Notes under the pieces: generated by a model
Seen by the model: only the letters and a program-made list of their open reading frames with translations
The model's database searches: none
What the model was told of the DNA's origin: nothing
Source: Candidatus Nomurabacteria bacterium RIFCSPLOWO2_01_FULL_33_24
GTDB taxonomy: Bacteria > Patescibacteriota > Minisyncoccia > Phycocordibacterales > MFUP01
DNA length: 46,086 bases
Direction of reading: 5' to 3'
NCBI GenBank assembly: GCA_001785735.1
Contig: MFUP01000008.1
Span: 1-46,086 of the forward strand
Shown here: positions 8,017 through 17,413 of the stretch, piece after piece
Layout of the letters: the number at the start of each line of letters is the position of its first letter
How positions within the stretch are numbered: position 1 is the first letter of the stretch
Translations under genes and position numbers: made by a program

Positions 8017-8607
8017 CTACTTCAAATTATTTTCCTTTTGATATTTTTTCCAAAGCGGAAGCCAATCTTTCTTGTAAACAGCTAGCAAAACTTCATCACA
8101 ATAACTTCCTCTAACAAAAAATTGTTTTTTCCTTAACCCCTCAATTTGGTAACCGCATTTTTGATTATATTTTTGACTCCTTTTATTAAAATCATAAGCG
8201 GTTGAACAAATTTTTCTTAAATTAAGAGTATTGAAGGCATAATTTAATAAAATCATTTTAGCGTCAGTTCCATAACCTTTCCCCCAATATTCTTTTTCTC
8301 CAAGACAAGCTCCGGTAAAAGCTGTTTTACTAATCCAGTTAATTCTATGTAGGCCCATTAATCCTACTAAACGAGAATCTTCCCTTGTTTCTATTGAGAG
8401 GATAACATTATCGTTTTTACCCACCTGATTGTCAAACCAGTTTTCTTCGTCCCTTATTGTTTTAGGAAAGACTGAAGAAAGATAAAAACGAACCTCTGGG
8501 TCATTAAAAAAACGAGTAAATAATTCTAAATCTGTTTCTTTTCTAATAGGGCGAAGGATAACTTTATTTCCTTCTAGGAAAATAATTTTTTCTTTTTTTT
8601 CTTTCAT
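8017..8607 (-). CDS. GNAT acetyltransferase, RimJ/RimL family
   Basis: LRPI..., YWGKGYGT, AFNTLNLRKI and N.RS.K...KCGY..EG motifs. Confidence 0.9.
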   Translation of the reverse strand: MKEKKEKIIFLEGNKVILRPIRKETDLELFTRFFNDPEVRFYLSSVFPKTIRDEENWFDNQVGKNDNVILSIETREDSRLVGLMGLHRINWISKTAFTGACLGEKEYWGKGYGTDAKMILLNYAFNTLNLRKICSTAYDFNKRSQKYNQKCGYQIEGLRKKQFFVRGSYCDEVLLAVYKKDWLPLWKKYQKENNLK

Positions 8608-8627
8608 TTTTTAATTTTTAAATGAAC

Positions 8628-8666
8628 AAAATAAAAACTGCCCAATCTTAGGGCAGTTTTTATTTT
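8628..8666 (-). terminator. attenuator terminator between leader ORF and GNAT gene
   Basis: Perfect 16-bp stem AAAATAAAAACTGCCC / GGGCAGTTTTTATTTT with a 7-nt loop, 20 nt before the GNAT start. Confidence 0.8.
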
Positions 8667-8682
8667 TAAACCAAATAACTTG

Positions 8683-8790
8683 TTAATATCTTAAGGAGTT
8701 TTGAAAAACAAAAATTGCCCAAACATTTTGGAAAGGGGAGACTATCCCATTTAAGGCAGTTATTCTTTTTTCTAATCTTTGATTTTCCAT
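8683..8790 (-). CDS. 35-aa putative leader peptide (MENQRLEKRITALNGIVSPFQNVWAIFVFQNSLRY)
   Basis: It starts just after a TTGACA(8828-8823)-17-TGnTATTAT(8805-8800) promoter and contains a near-copy of the terminator 3' arm. Confidence 0.65.
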   Translation of the reverse strand: MENQRLEKRITALNGIVSPFQNVWAIFVFQNSLRY

Positions 8791-8881
8791 AATGCTTATA
8801 TAATAACAATATACAATAAATTTGTCAAGTTTGAGATTATTTAGTTTAAAAAAGCTTGGTTTTGTTATATAATTGATTAAT

Positions 8882-9613
8882 ATGGATAAAAATAAAGGAC
8901 ATCTCCACCCCCTAACAATTATTATCCAAGATATGGTGACTATTTTTTCAGAATTAGGTTTCTCAGTAGCCTTTGGTCCAGAAATTGAGTCAGAAGAAAA
9001 TAATTTTGATTTATTAAATATTCCCAAAGACCATCCTGCTCGGGATATGTGGGACACTTTTTTTATTAAAAATGAAGAACAGAAGGTGTTAAGAACTCAC
9101 ACCTCGCCGGTTCAAATTAGATACATGAGAGGAAAACAACCCCCTTTCAGAATTATTTCTCCAGGAAAGACTTTTCGTTACGAAGCCACCGACCTTACTC
9201 ATGAAGCCCAATTTTTTCAATTAGAAGGATTAATAATTGATAAAAAAACATCTCTCGCCGAATTAAAAGGAACTTTAAATTATTTTCTTAAAAAAATATT
9301 TAACAACGAAAATATAGAAACTAGGTTTAGACCAAGTTATTTTCCATTCGTTGAACCGGGTTTTGAAGTGGATATGTCTTGTTCTCAATGTGAAAAGAAA
9401 GGATGTTCTTTTTGTAAACAGACTGGCTGGATTGAACTTCTCGGGGCAGGAATGGTTCACCCTAATGTTTTAAAAAATGTTGGCCTTGATCCAAAAAAAT
9501 ATCAAGGTTTTGCTTTTGGAGTGGGGGTTGATCGGGTAGCAATGCTTAAATATAGGATTGATGATATCCGATTATTATATCAAGGAGATTTAAGATTAGT
9601 TAATCAATTTTAA
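8882..9613 (+). CDS. pheS: phenylalanine--tRNA ligase alpha subunit (short form)
   Basis: GHLHP, HPARDMWDTF, LRTHTSPVQ, FRPSYFPFVEP and GFAFGVGVDR motifs; lacks the N-terminal coiled coil. Confidence 0.97.
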   Translation: MDKNKGHLHPLTIIIQDMVTIFSELGFSVAFGPEIESEENNFDLLNIPKDHPARDMWDTFFIKNEEQKVLRTHTSPVQIRYMRGKQPPFRIISPGKTFRYEATDLTHEAQFFQLEGLIIDKKTSLAELKGTLNYFLKKIFNNENIETRFRPSYFPFVEPGFEVDMSCSQCEKKGCSFCKQTGWIELLGAGMVHPNVLKNVGLDPKKYQGFAFGVGVDRVAMLKYRIDDIRLLYQGDLRLVNQF

Positions 9614-9614
9614 T

Positions 9615-11495
9615 ATGCGTTTTTCTTATAATTGGATTCAAAATTATTTTAGTGATAAGTTGCCTGAACCAAAAGAATTGGCAGAAATTTTGACAATGAA
9701 GTCTTTTGAGGTAGAAGAAATTATTTCTCGTTCGACAGGTCTAGGGCAAGCGAATGATGATTTTATTCTAGAGATAGATGTTTTACCAAACAGATCACAT
9801 GATTGCCTCTCCCACTATGGAATAGCCAGAGATATTTCAGTTATTTTAAACAAAAAATTAAAAGAAGACAAAACAGAAAAAAATTTAGAAAGATATAAAC
9901 TATCTAAAAGTGAATTTAAAGTTGAAGTTTTAGATAAAGATAAATGCCGAAGATATATTGGGACGGAAATTAAAAATATAAAAGTGGCTTCATCTCCAGC
10001 GTGGTTGAAAGAAAAATTAGAAATAGTTGGGCAAAGATCTATTAATAATATTGTTGATCTTGCTAATTATATAATGCTTTCATTTGGGCAACCCCTTCAT
10101 GTTTTTGATGCTGGTAAATTAAGGGGTAAAAAGATAGTTGTTCGGAGAGCTAAAAATGGAGAGAAAATGACTACTCTAGACGGAGAAGAAAAGGAGCTAA
10201 ACGACTCAGTGTTGGTTATTTCTGACGGAGATACTCCCTTAGCTATTGCGGGCATAAGGGGGGGGGTAGGGGCGGAAGTTGACGAAAACACAAGGAATAT
10301 TGTCGTGGAATCAGCTAATTTCGAGTCAGTTAATATCAGGAAAATCTCTCGGAAACTAAATCTCTTTACTGATGCTTCAAAAAGGTTTGAAAACGAAATT
10401 ACACCCGAATTAGCTCAATTAGGAATGGCTAAAGTAGTAGAATTAATTATAGATATTGCCGGAACCGAAAAAACTGAAATTATGGAAGCAATAGATATTT
10501 ATCCTAAACCAGTTTCAAATTGGCAAATAGAAATAACAACCGAGGAAATAAATAAATTACTTGGATCAAATATTTCTAAAACAGAAATAAAAAATATTTT
10601 TAGGAGATTTAATTTTGAATTTTCTGAAAAAAATAACAAGTTTGATATAAAAATTCCAAATTACCGGCTTGATTTAAAAATAAAAACAGATCTAATAGAA
10701 GAAATAGGGAGAATTTATGGTTATGAGAAAATAGAAGCTAAAATTCCTGAATCCATAAAAATTTCAGAAATAAATAAAGAGTTTTATTACACTACTAAAA
10801 TTAGAAATATTTTGGTTTCACATGGGTTTTCAGAAGTTTATACTTATTCTTTTGTGGAAAAAGGAGAAATTGAAATAAGAAATCCGCTCGCCTCTGATAA
10901 AAAATTTTTAAGAAGTAATTTAACAGAGAGATTAAATAAAAGTAATGAATTAAATAACAAAAATTTACCATTGATTGGATTAAAAAAAACTAAAATTTTT
11001 GAAATAGGAAAAGTTTTTAATAAAAATAAAGAATATCTATCTTTAGCCTTAATTGGAGATAAAAAAAAAGAAACAACAGAAAAACTCTCAGAACAATTTG
11101 GAAATAAATTTGGAATTGAAACTAATTTAACAGAGCTAATAGAAAAACTCCCAGACCCAAAATCTTATGATGATTTGAACTTAGAATTATCTGCCAAAGA
11201 AATTAAATATCAGAAAATATCTTCTTATCCATTTATTCAAAGAGATATTGCTCTTTGGGTTCCAGAGGATATTAAAATTGAAGAGACCCAAAAGTTAATA
11301 AAAGAAAACGCCGGAGAACTGTTAGTTGTTGGACCAAATCTTTTTGATGAATTTCATAAAAAGGAAAGAGTTTCTTATGCCTTTAATATGGTTTTTCAAT
11401 CTCTAGAGCGCACTCTAACTGATGAAGAAGTAGGCAAGATAATGAAAAACATAGAAGCCAAAATAGCTCAAAATAAAGGGTGGGAAGTAAGGTAA
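9615..11495 (+). CDS. pheT: phenylalanine--tRNA ligase beta subunit (no B2 OB domain)
   Basis: PNRSHDCLSHYGIARD, NNIVD..NY, GQPLHVFD, RLDL...DLIEEIGRIYGY and a C-terminal anticodon-binding domain. Confidence 0.97.
   Translation: MRFSYNWIQNYFSDKLPEPKELAEILTMKSFEVEEIISRSTGLGQANDDFILEIDVLPNRSHDCLSHYGIARDISVILNKKLKEDKTEKNLERYKLSKSEFKVEVLDKDKCRRYIGTEIKNIKVASSPAWLKEKLEIVGQRSINNIVDLANYIMLSFGQPLHVFDAGKLRGKKIVVRRAKNGEKMTTLDGEEKELNDSVLVISDGDTPLAIAGIRGGVGAEVDENTRNIVVESANFESVNIRKISRKLNLFTDASKRFENEITPELAQLGMAKVVELIIDIAGTEKTEIMEAIDIYPKPVSNWQIEITTEEINKLLGSNISKTEIKNIFRRFNFEFSEKNNKFDIKIPNYRLDLKIKTDLIEEIGRIYGYEKIEAKIPESIKISEINKEFYYTTKIRNILVSHGFSEVYTYSFVEKGEIEIRNPLASDKKFLRSNLTERLNKSNELNNKNLPLIGLKKTKIFEIGKVFNKNKEYLSLALIGDKKKETTEKLSEQFGNKFGIETNLTELIEKLPDPKSYDDLNLELSAKEIKYQKISSYPFIQRDIALWVPEDIKIEETQKLIKENAGELLVVGPNLFDEFHKKERVSYAFNMVFQSLERTLTDEEVGKIMKNIEAKIAQNKGWEVR
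9729..9752 (+). repeat. short in-frame repeat-like insertion in pheT
   Basis: CGTTCGACAGGTCTAGGGCAAGCG encodes RSTGLGQA and resembles the trmD insert at 26878-26904. Confidence 0.5.
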
Positions 11496-11509
11496 ATTAG
11501 GGATAAAAG

Positions 11510-11518
11510 TTATACACA
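11510..11518 (+). promoter_or_regulatory. DnaA box upstream of gyrB promoter
   Basis: TTATACACA is an exact match to TTATNCACA. Confidence 0.45.
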
Positions 11519-11569
11519 ATTTTGGAGAAAATCCTTGTTTTTAAAGGATTTTTTTAGTAAAATAGAGTT

Positions 11570-13552
11570 ATGAAAAAGGAAGAGGAGAAAGGGAAAAAAA
11601 CCAAAGACAGAGGGTCTTATACAGCCAAAGATATATCTGTTTTGGAGGGGCTAGAACCGGTTAGAAAAAGACCGGGAATGTATATCGGGGGAACCGGAGA
11701 AGAAGGTCTTCATCATTTAATTTGGGAGATTTTTGATAATGCTCGAGACGAAGCGATGGTTGGTTTTTGTGATACTGTGGAAATTGTTCTTTTACCAAAT
11801 AATCGAGTTCGCATTACTGATAATGGCCGAGGAATCCCAGTTGATATTCATCAAGGAACAAAAGTTTCCGCCCTAGAAACAATCATGACTACTCTTCATG
11901 CCGGAGGAAAATTTGGACAGGGAAGTTATCAATTTTCTGGAGGACTTCACGGAGTTGGAGCATCTGTCGTGAATGCTCTTTCTTCTTTTACCAAAGCGGA
12001 AGTTCATCGTGATGGAGGGGAATATATGCAAGAATATGCTAAAGGAAAGATAAAAAATAAAGTAAAAAAAATTAAAGCCTCAAAGAATATAGGAACTATT
12101 ATTACTTTTGTTCCAGATAAAGAAATTTTTGGTGATCTTAAATTTGATTTTGATAAAGTTGTTAATCACTTACGACAACAATCTTATTTAGTCAAAGGAT
12201 TTAGAATAGTGATTATTGATGCTAGAGAAGTTGAAGAAAAAATTGATGATAGCAATGTGTTTTTTTTCAAAGAACTTAGTTTAGAAGTTCCTTCAATCAC
12301 TTTTTATTTTGAAGGAGGATTGGTTTCTCTCGTTCAGTTTTATAATAAATTTCAAAAACCAATCCATGATAAAATTTTTCATGTTGAGAAAGAAACAGAA
12401 GGAGTAATCGTTGAAGTATCTTTGCAATATGTTGATGATATCAGTTCTCGAATTGTCGCTTTTGCTAACAATACCTATAATCCCGAAGGAGGAACTCATA
12501 TTACTGGATTTAAAACTTCTTTAACTAGATTTTTAAATAGTTACAGTAAAAAGAATAATCTTCTGAAAGAATCGGAGGGAAATTTCACCGGAGAAGATGT
12601 TTTGGAAGGGTTAACAGCTGTTGTCTCGGTTAAATTACAAGAAATTCAATTTGAAGGACAAACTAAGAGTAAGTTGGGAAGTCCTGAAGCGAGGGGAGCC
12701 GTGGAAACTGTTTTTGGTGATGCTTTTTCCGCTTTTCTTGAAGAGAACCCCGAAGTGGCCAAAGGAGTAGTTAATAAAGTATTTTTGGCCCTTAAGGCAC
12801 GAAAAGCAGCCAAGGCAGCTAAAGATAGTATCTTGCGAAAGGGAGCTATGGAAGGTCTAACTCTCCCGGGAAAATTAGCTGATTGTCAGACAAGAGACGC
12901 CAAACAAGCTGAAATTTTTATTGTTGAAGGTGACTCTGCCGGTGGTTCTGCCAAAATGGGAAGAGACCGAAAGACCCAAGCCATTTTACCTCTAAAAGGG
13001 AAAATTTTAAATGTAGAAAGAGCTCGAATCGATAAAATGATGGCTTTTGTTGAAATAAAAGCTCTCATTATCGCTTTAGGAACTTCAATTGGAGATACTT
13101 TTAATATAGAAAAAATCAGATATCACAAAATTATTATTGCCACTGATGCCGATGTTGATGGTGCCCACATTACAACTTTGCTCCTAACTCTCTTTTATAG
13201 ATACTTCAGACAAATTATTGAAGTTGGTTATCTTTATATTGCTCAACCCCCTCTTTATAAAATAAAAAAAGGGAAAGATGTTTCTTATGTTTATACTGAA
13301 GAAGAAAAAGATAAAATTACCAGAGGAGATGAAGAAGGTTTTACAATTCAACGTTATAAAGGGTTAGGAGAAATGAATCCTGATGAACTTTGGGAAACAA
13401 CGATGGATCCAGAAGTTAGGATTTTAAAACAAGTAAATATTGAAGATGCTCAAATGGCTGATAAAGTTTTCGATACCTTAATGGGGTCGGATGTTTTGCC
13501 TCGTAAAATATTTATTCAAACTCATGCCAAAATGGCTGAGATTGATATATGA
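11570..13552 (+). CDS. gyrB: DNA gyrase subunit B
   Basis: LEPVRKRPGMYIG, GGLHGVG, VEGDSAGG, PLKGKILN, DADVDG and QRYKGLGEM motifs. Confidence 0.95.
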   Translation: MKKEEEKGKKTKDRGSYTAKDISVLEGLEPVRKRPGMYIGGTGEEGLHHLIWEIFDNARDEAMVGFCDTVEIVLLPNNRVRITDNGRGIPVDIHQGTKVSALETIMTTLHAGGKFGQGSYQFSGGLHGVGASVVNALSSFTKAEVHRDGGEYMQEYAKGKIKNKVKKIKASKNIGTIITFVPDKEIFGDLKFDFDKVVNHLRQQSYLVKGFRIVIIDAREVEEKIDDSNVFFFKELSLEVPSITFYFEGGLVSLVQFYNKFQKPIHDKIFHVEKETEGVIVEVSLQYVDDISSRIVAFANNTYNPEGGTHITGFKTSLTRFLNSYSKKNNLLKESEGNFTGEDVLEGLTAVVSVKLQEIQFEGQTKSKLGSPEARGAVETVFGDAFSAFLEENPEVAKGVVNKVFLALKARKAAKAAKDSILRKGAMEGLTLPGKLADCQTRDAKQAEIFIVEGDSAGGSAKMGRDRKTQAILPLKGKILNVERARIDKMMAFVEIKALIIALGTSIGDTFNIEKIRYHKIIIATDADVDGAHITTLLLTLFYRYFRQIIEVGYLYIAQPPLYKIKKGKDVSYVYTEEEKDKITRGDEEGFTIQRYKGLGEMNPDELWETTMDPEVRILKQVNIEDAQMADKVFDTLMGSDVLPRKIFIQTHAKMAEIDI

Positions 13553-13559
13553 TAGAAAT

Positions 13560-13673
13560 ATGATAATTGTTAGAATAATAATCGCTATCATAATTATTTG
13601 GCTTCTAGCAAAAATTTTTCCCCTAGGTCAAATATTTAATGATATTGTCAATTTCATCGGAGGTTTATTTTAA
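13560..13673 (+). CDS. small single-TM protein (37 aa)
   Basis: MIIVRIIIAIIIIWLLAKIFPLG..., with its ATG just after the gyrB stop. Confidence 0.5.
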   Translation: MIIVRIIIAIIIIWLLAKIFPLGQIFNDIVNFIGGLF

Positions 13674-13765
13674 ATAAATCCAAAAAAAAACTTCTATTGG
13701 GGAAAAGAAGTTTCTTTATCTTGAAATAGGTATTTAAGCGAGAATGTTGTCTCAATCGGTGTTTT

Positions 13766-15505
13766 TTATCTTCTCTCTTTTATTTCTCCTTTTATTTTCT
13801 TAATAAATTCTTCCGTTTTTATTTCTTTTAATTTTTGATCATTCCTTCCTTCCACGGTAATAGTTTTATTTTTTATTTCTTCTTCTCCGACAATAATTAA
13901 GTAGGGGATTCTTTGTGTCTTGGCATTTCTGATTTTTTTCCCTAGACTTTCATTTTCATTATGAAGTTCTACTCGAAGATCTTCTTTTTTAAATTGACTG
14001 TATATTTGCTCGGCGTAACTATTTTGTTTTTCTGAAATTGGGAGAATGGCTATTTGAACAGGGGACAACCAAACTGGAAACGCTCCGACATAGTGTTCAA
14101 GTAAAATCATGATAAATCTCTCCGGGGAACCGATTATTGCCCTATGTAACATCACGGGACTTTTTTCTTTTCCATCTTTATCCGTATAAACAAGACTAAA
14201 TTTTTGAGGCGTCACAAAATCAATCTGAATAGTTGAAAGTTGCCACTCTCTCCCAAGAGCATCGGTGGCAATTAAATCCATTTTTGGGGCATAAAAAGCG
14301 GCTTCTCCCGGACCGTCAAAATATTCAATATTATTTCTTTGCATAATTTCTTCAGTCCATTTTTCAACCCTGTCCCAAACTTTTGGATCACCTGAATATT
14401 TTTCAGGGCGCCTAAGATCTCTTGTTGAAAGTCTATATTTATATTTTAAACCAAATGTTTTCATTACTTCTTTAATCATATTCAACATATTATCTATTTC
14501 TTTATTAACCTGATCTTCTCTGCAGAAAATATGACAATCATCTTGTGAAAAAGATCTAACTCTAGCCAAACCGCTCAATTCCCCCGGTTTTTCATCCCTG
14601 TAAAGCATGGCAAAGTCTGTATATCGTAAAGGTAAATCTCGATAACTTCTCATTTTGCCAGCATAAATTTGAGTATGTTGAGGGCAATTCATCGGTTTAA
14701 GATAAAACTCCTCTTTTGAATAATTAGAAATTACTTTGAACATTCCATCTTTGTATTTATCATAATGACCAGATGTTTTAAAAAGATCCGCTTTGGCAAT
14801 TTGTGGTGTCCAAACTTGAGTACAATCAGATTTTAATTGCAAAGATTCAATATAATCATTAAGTAATCTTCTTATAAGGGCGCCTTTTGGAGTATATAGA
14901 GGCAAACCACTACCAATTAGTTCTGAAAAAGTAAACAAATCCAGTTCCTTGCCCAATTTGCGATGATCTCTTTTTTCGGCTTCTTTTATCATCTTTTCAT
15001 ATTCTTCCAATTCCTTTTTTGTTTTGAAAGCTAATCCGTAAACGCGCGTAAGCATCGGATTTTTTTCGTCGCCGCGCCAATAGGCGCCGGCTATTCTATC
15101 CAATTTCCAACTGCCAAATGGCACCTTTGACATATTATCTATATGCCCGCCACGGCACAAGTCCTCAAAATCGCCGGATTTATAAAAAGTAATCGGCTCG
15201 CCGTTCTTTTCAATTTCTTCTATTAGTTCTAATTTATACGAATTATTTTTGAAAAATTCTTTGGCTTCGGCGGGTTTAATTTCATGTCTTTCAAATTTGT
15301 TCCAAGTTGGCAGAATTTTTTTCATCATAGCTTCAATTTTAGGTAAATCGTCCTCGCTGATTTTTAGGTTGTCAAAATCGTAATAAAAACCGTCGTCCAC
15401 GGCCGGTCCGAGAGTGGGCTGAGCGTTCGGATAAAGCTCTAAAACCGCCGCCGCCAGCAGATGTGTCAAAGAATGTCTTTTGTTTTCTAAATTATCTTTT
15501 GTCAT
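13766..15505 (-). CDS. thrS: threonine--tRNA ligase (no TGS domain)
   Basis: RHSLTHLLA, DLCRGGH, RDHRKLG, KPMNCP, QDDCHIFC and HRAIIGS motifs. Confidence 0.97.
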   Translation of the reverse strand: MTKDNLENKRHSLTHLLAAAVLELYPNAQPTLGPAVDDGFYYDFDNLKISEDDLPKIEAMMKKILPTWNKFERHEIKPAEAKEFFKNNSYKLELIEEIEKNGEPITFYKSGDFEDLCRGGHIDNMSKVPFGSWKLDRIAGAYWRGDEKNPMLTRVYGLAFKTKKELEEYEKMIKEAEKRDHRKLGKELDLFTFSELIGSGLPLYTPKGALIRRLLNDYIESLQLKSDCTQVWTPQIAKADLFKTSGHYDKYKDGMFKVISNYSKEEFYLKPMNCPQHTQIYAGKMRSYRDLPLRYTDFAMLYRDEKPGELSGLARVRSFSQDDCHIFCREDQVNKEIDNMLNMIKEVMKTFGLKYKYRLSTRDLRRPEKYSGDPKVWDRVEKWTEEIMQRNNIEYFDGPGEAAFYAPKMDLIATDALGREWQLSTIQIDFVTPQKFSLVYTDKDGKEKSPVMLHRAIIGSPERFIMILLEHYVGAFPVWLSPVQIAILPISEKQNSYAEQIYSQFKKEDLRVELHNENESLGKKIRNAKTQRIPYLIIVGEEEIKNKTITVEGRNDQKLKEIKTEEFIKKIKGEIKERR

Positions 15506-15583
15506 ATTTATTTATCATATCACTTTAAATTAATAATTTAAAGGTTTTATTGCTTTTTTAACTGAAATAAGTATACTAATTAT

Positions 15584-15811
15584 ATGTCAGTTAGAATGCG
15601 ACACACAAGAGCTCATACTAAAAACAGACGATCCCATCATGCCTTAAAGGGACCGGCTGTTTCCAAGTGTAGTAATTGTAGCGAATCTCATATTCGTCAC
15701 AAAGCTTGTTTGAAATGTGGTTCGTATCGAGGCCGACAAGTTATTGATGTTGTTAAAAAATTAAAAAAGAAACAACAAAGAATAAAAGAAAAAGAAAAAC
15801 AACAACAATAA
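15584..15811 (+). CDS. rpmF: 50S ribosomal protein L32
   Basis: RRSHHAL and CSNC...HKACLKCGSYRGRQV. Confidence 0.95.
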   Translation: MSVRMRHTRAHTKNRRSHHALKGPAVSKCSNCSESHIRHKACLKCGSYRGRQVIDVVKKLKKKQQRIKEKEKQQQ

Positions 15812-15832
15812 TAATAACCATTGATACTAACT

Positions 15833-16723
15833 ATGGCTAATAGGCACCTTTCAAGATCAATTGTTCTCCAAACTCTTTTTGAGTTGGATTTTGATGTTCA
15901 AAACCAAAAAAGTCCTCTTTCTATTTTAAACAGAAACACTAAAGATTTTGGTCCTGGGTTGGAAGATTCTTCTTTTATGGAGACGCTTCTCTTGGGTGTT
16001 TTAGAGAAAAAAAAATCTATTGACGAAATAATAGAAAAAGCTGCTCCCGAGTGGCCTCTTAATAAAATTTCAGGAGTTGACAGAAATGTTTTGCGTTTAG
16101 GATTATATGAACTTTTATTTAGTGATCATGATCAAGTTCCTCCAAAAGTAGCTATTAATGAATCAATTGAACTAGCTAAAAGTTTCGGAGGAGAAAGCAG
16201 TAGCAAATTTATTAATGGGGTTTTGGGAACTGTTTATAAAGAAATTGGGGAACCCGGAAAAGATCAGATAAGTAAAAAGAAAAAAGATGAACCAGTTGAT
16301 ATTTCTAAATTACCAATAAAAAGATTGGGAGGAGCAGTTATTTATACCAGAGACGGAGATGAAATAAAATTAGCCCTAGTCCACGATGTTTTTGGTTACT
16401 GGACTTTATCTAAGGGTGGAATTGAAGAAAAAGAAACAGATGAAGATGGAACAAAAAGAGCTATAAAAGAAGAAATTGGTCTTGATGTTAATATAAAAAC
16501 TAAACTTGGAGAAAATGAATACATTGCTTCTCATCCAGAAGAAGGAAAAATAAGAAAACAAGTAACTTATTTTATGGCCGAGTCAGTTTTTCAAGAATTA
16601 CAATTAGCAGAATCCGGAGGACTAGATGGTGCCAGATGGTTTAATTTAGAAGAAATAGGTGATCTTAAAATTTATGACGATATTCTTCCGCTTATTGCCA
16701 AGACTGTTGAAAAAATTACATGA
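15833..16723 (+). CDS. nusB: transcription antitermination factor NusB fused to NUDIX-like domain
   Basis: RHLSRSIVLQTLFE...VAINESIELAKSFG...FINGVL, then WTLSKGG...IKEEIGL. Confidence 0.92.
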   Translation: MANRHLSRSIVLQTLFELDFDVQNQKSPLSILNRNTKDFGPGLEDSSFMETLLLGVLEKKKSIDEIIEKAAPEWPLNKISGVDRNVLRLGLYELLFSDHDQVPPKVAINESIELAKSFGGESSSKFINGVLGTVYKEIGEPGKDQISKKKKDEPVDISKLPIKRLGGAVIYTRDGDEIKLALVHDVFGYWTLSKGGIEEKETDEDGTKRAIKEEIGLDVNIKTKLGENEYIASHPEEGKIRKQVTYFMAESVFQELQLAESGGLDGARWFNLEEIGDLKIYDDILPLIAKTVEKIT

Positions 16724-17412
16724 TTAATTTTACTCAATTTGAAAAAAGAACTGGAATTACTTTTAAAAATAAAAACTTGCTAAAGCAGGCTTTTGTCCAT
16801 CGTTCTTATTTAAATGAAAATCCAAAATTAAAAATCTCTCACAACGAACGTCTTGAGTTTTTAGGTGATGCCGTCTTAGAATTAGTAGTAACTGATTTTC
16901 TTTTTAATAAATATTCCAACAAAGCTGAGGGAGAACTAACTTCTCTTAGATCAGCCCTAGTTAATACTATTACAATTTCTCAAGTGGCTACAGAATTAAA
17001 AATGAATGACTTTTTACTTTTATCAAAAGGGGAAACAAAAGATGCCGGAAAAGCTCGTCAATACATATTAGCTAATACTTTTGAGGCTTTTATTGGGGCA
17101 GTTTATTTGGATCAAGGATATCAACCAGCCCAAAAATTTATAAAGTTTAATCTTTTGGGCCGGACAAATGAGATAGTTTCAAAAGGATTATGGAGAGATG
17201 CTAAAAGTTTAATTCAAGAAAAGGCCCAAGAATATATAGGAATTACTCCTTTTTACCAAGTAATAGACGAAGAGGGACCAGATCATAACAAAAAATTTAC
17301 AGTTGGTATTTATTTTGACAAAGAACTTATGGCTGAAGGCAGGGGAGATTCAAAACAAGAAGCCGAACAACAAGCTGCTCAACTAGCCTTGAAAGTAAAA
17401 AATTGGGAGTAA
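16720..17412 (+). CDS. rnc: ribonuclease III
   Basis: NERLEFLGDAVL signature and a dsRBD. Confidence 0.97.
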   Translation: MINFTQFEKRTGITFKNKNLLKQAFVHRSYLNENPKLKISHNERLEFLGDAVLELVVTDFLFNKYSNKAEGELTSLRSALVNTITISQVATELKMNDFLLLSKGETKDAGKARQYILANTFEAFIGAVYLDQGYQPAQKFIKFNLLGRTNEIVSKGLWRDAKSLIQEKAQEYIGITPFYQVIDEEGPDHNKKFTVGIYFDKELMAEGRGDSKQEAEQQAAQLALKVKNWE

Positions 17413-17413
17413 T

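Noticed and set aside
8791-9057. Long 124-aa version of the minus-strand ORF 8683-9057
   Set aside because: The upstream part is antisense to pheS and crosses the promoter, so only the 35-aa portion from 8790 is plausible.
8882-15505. Short PheS, PheT and ThrS as pseudogenes
   Set aside because: Catalytic motifs are intact and the frames are open; loss of accessory domains is typical of reduced CPR-type proteins.
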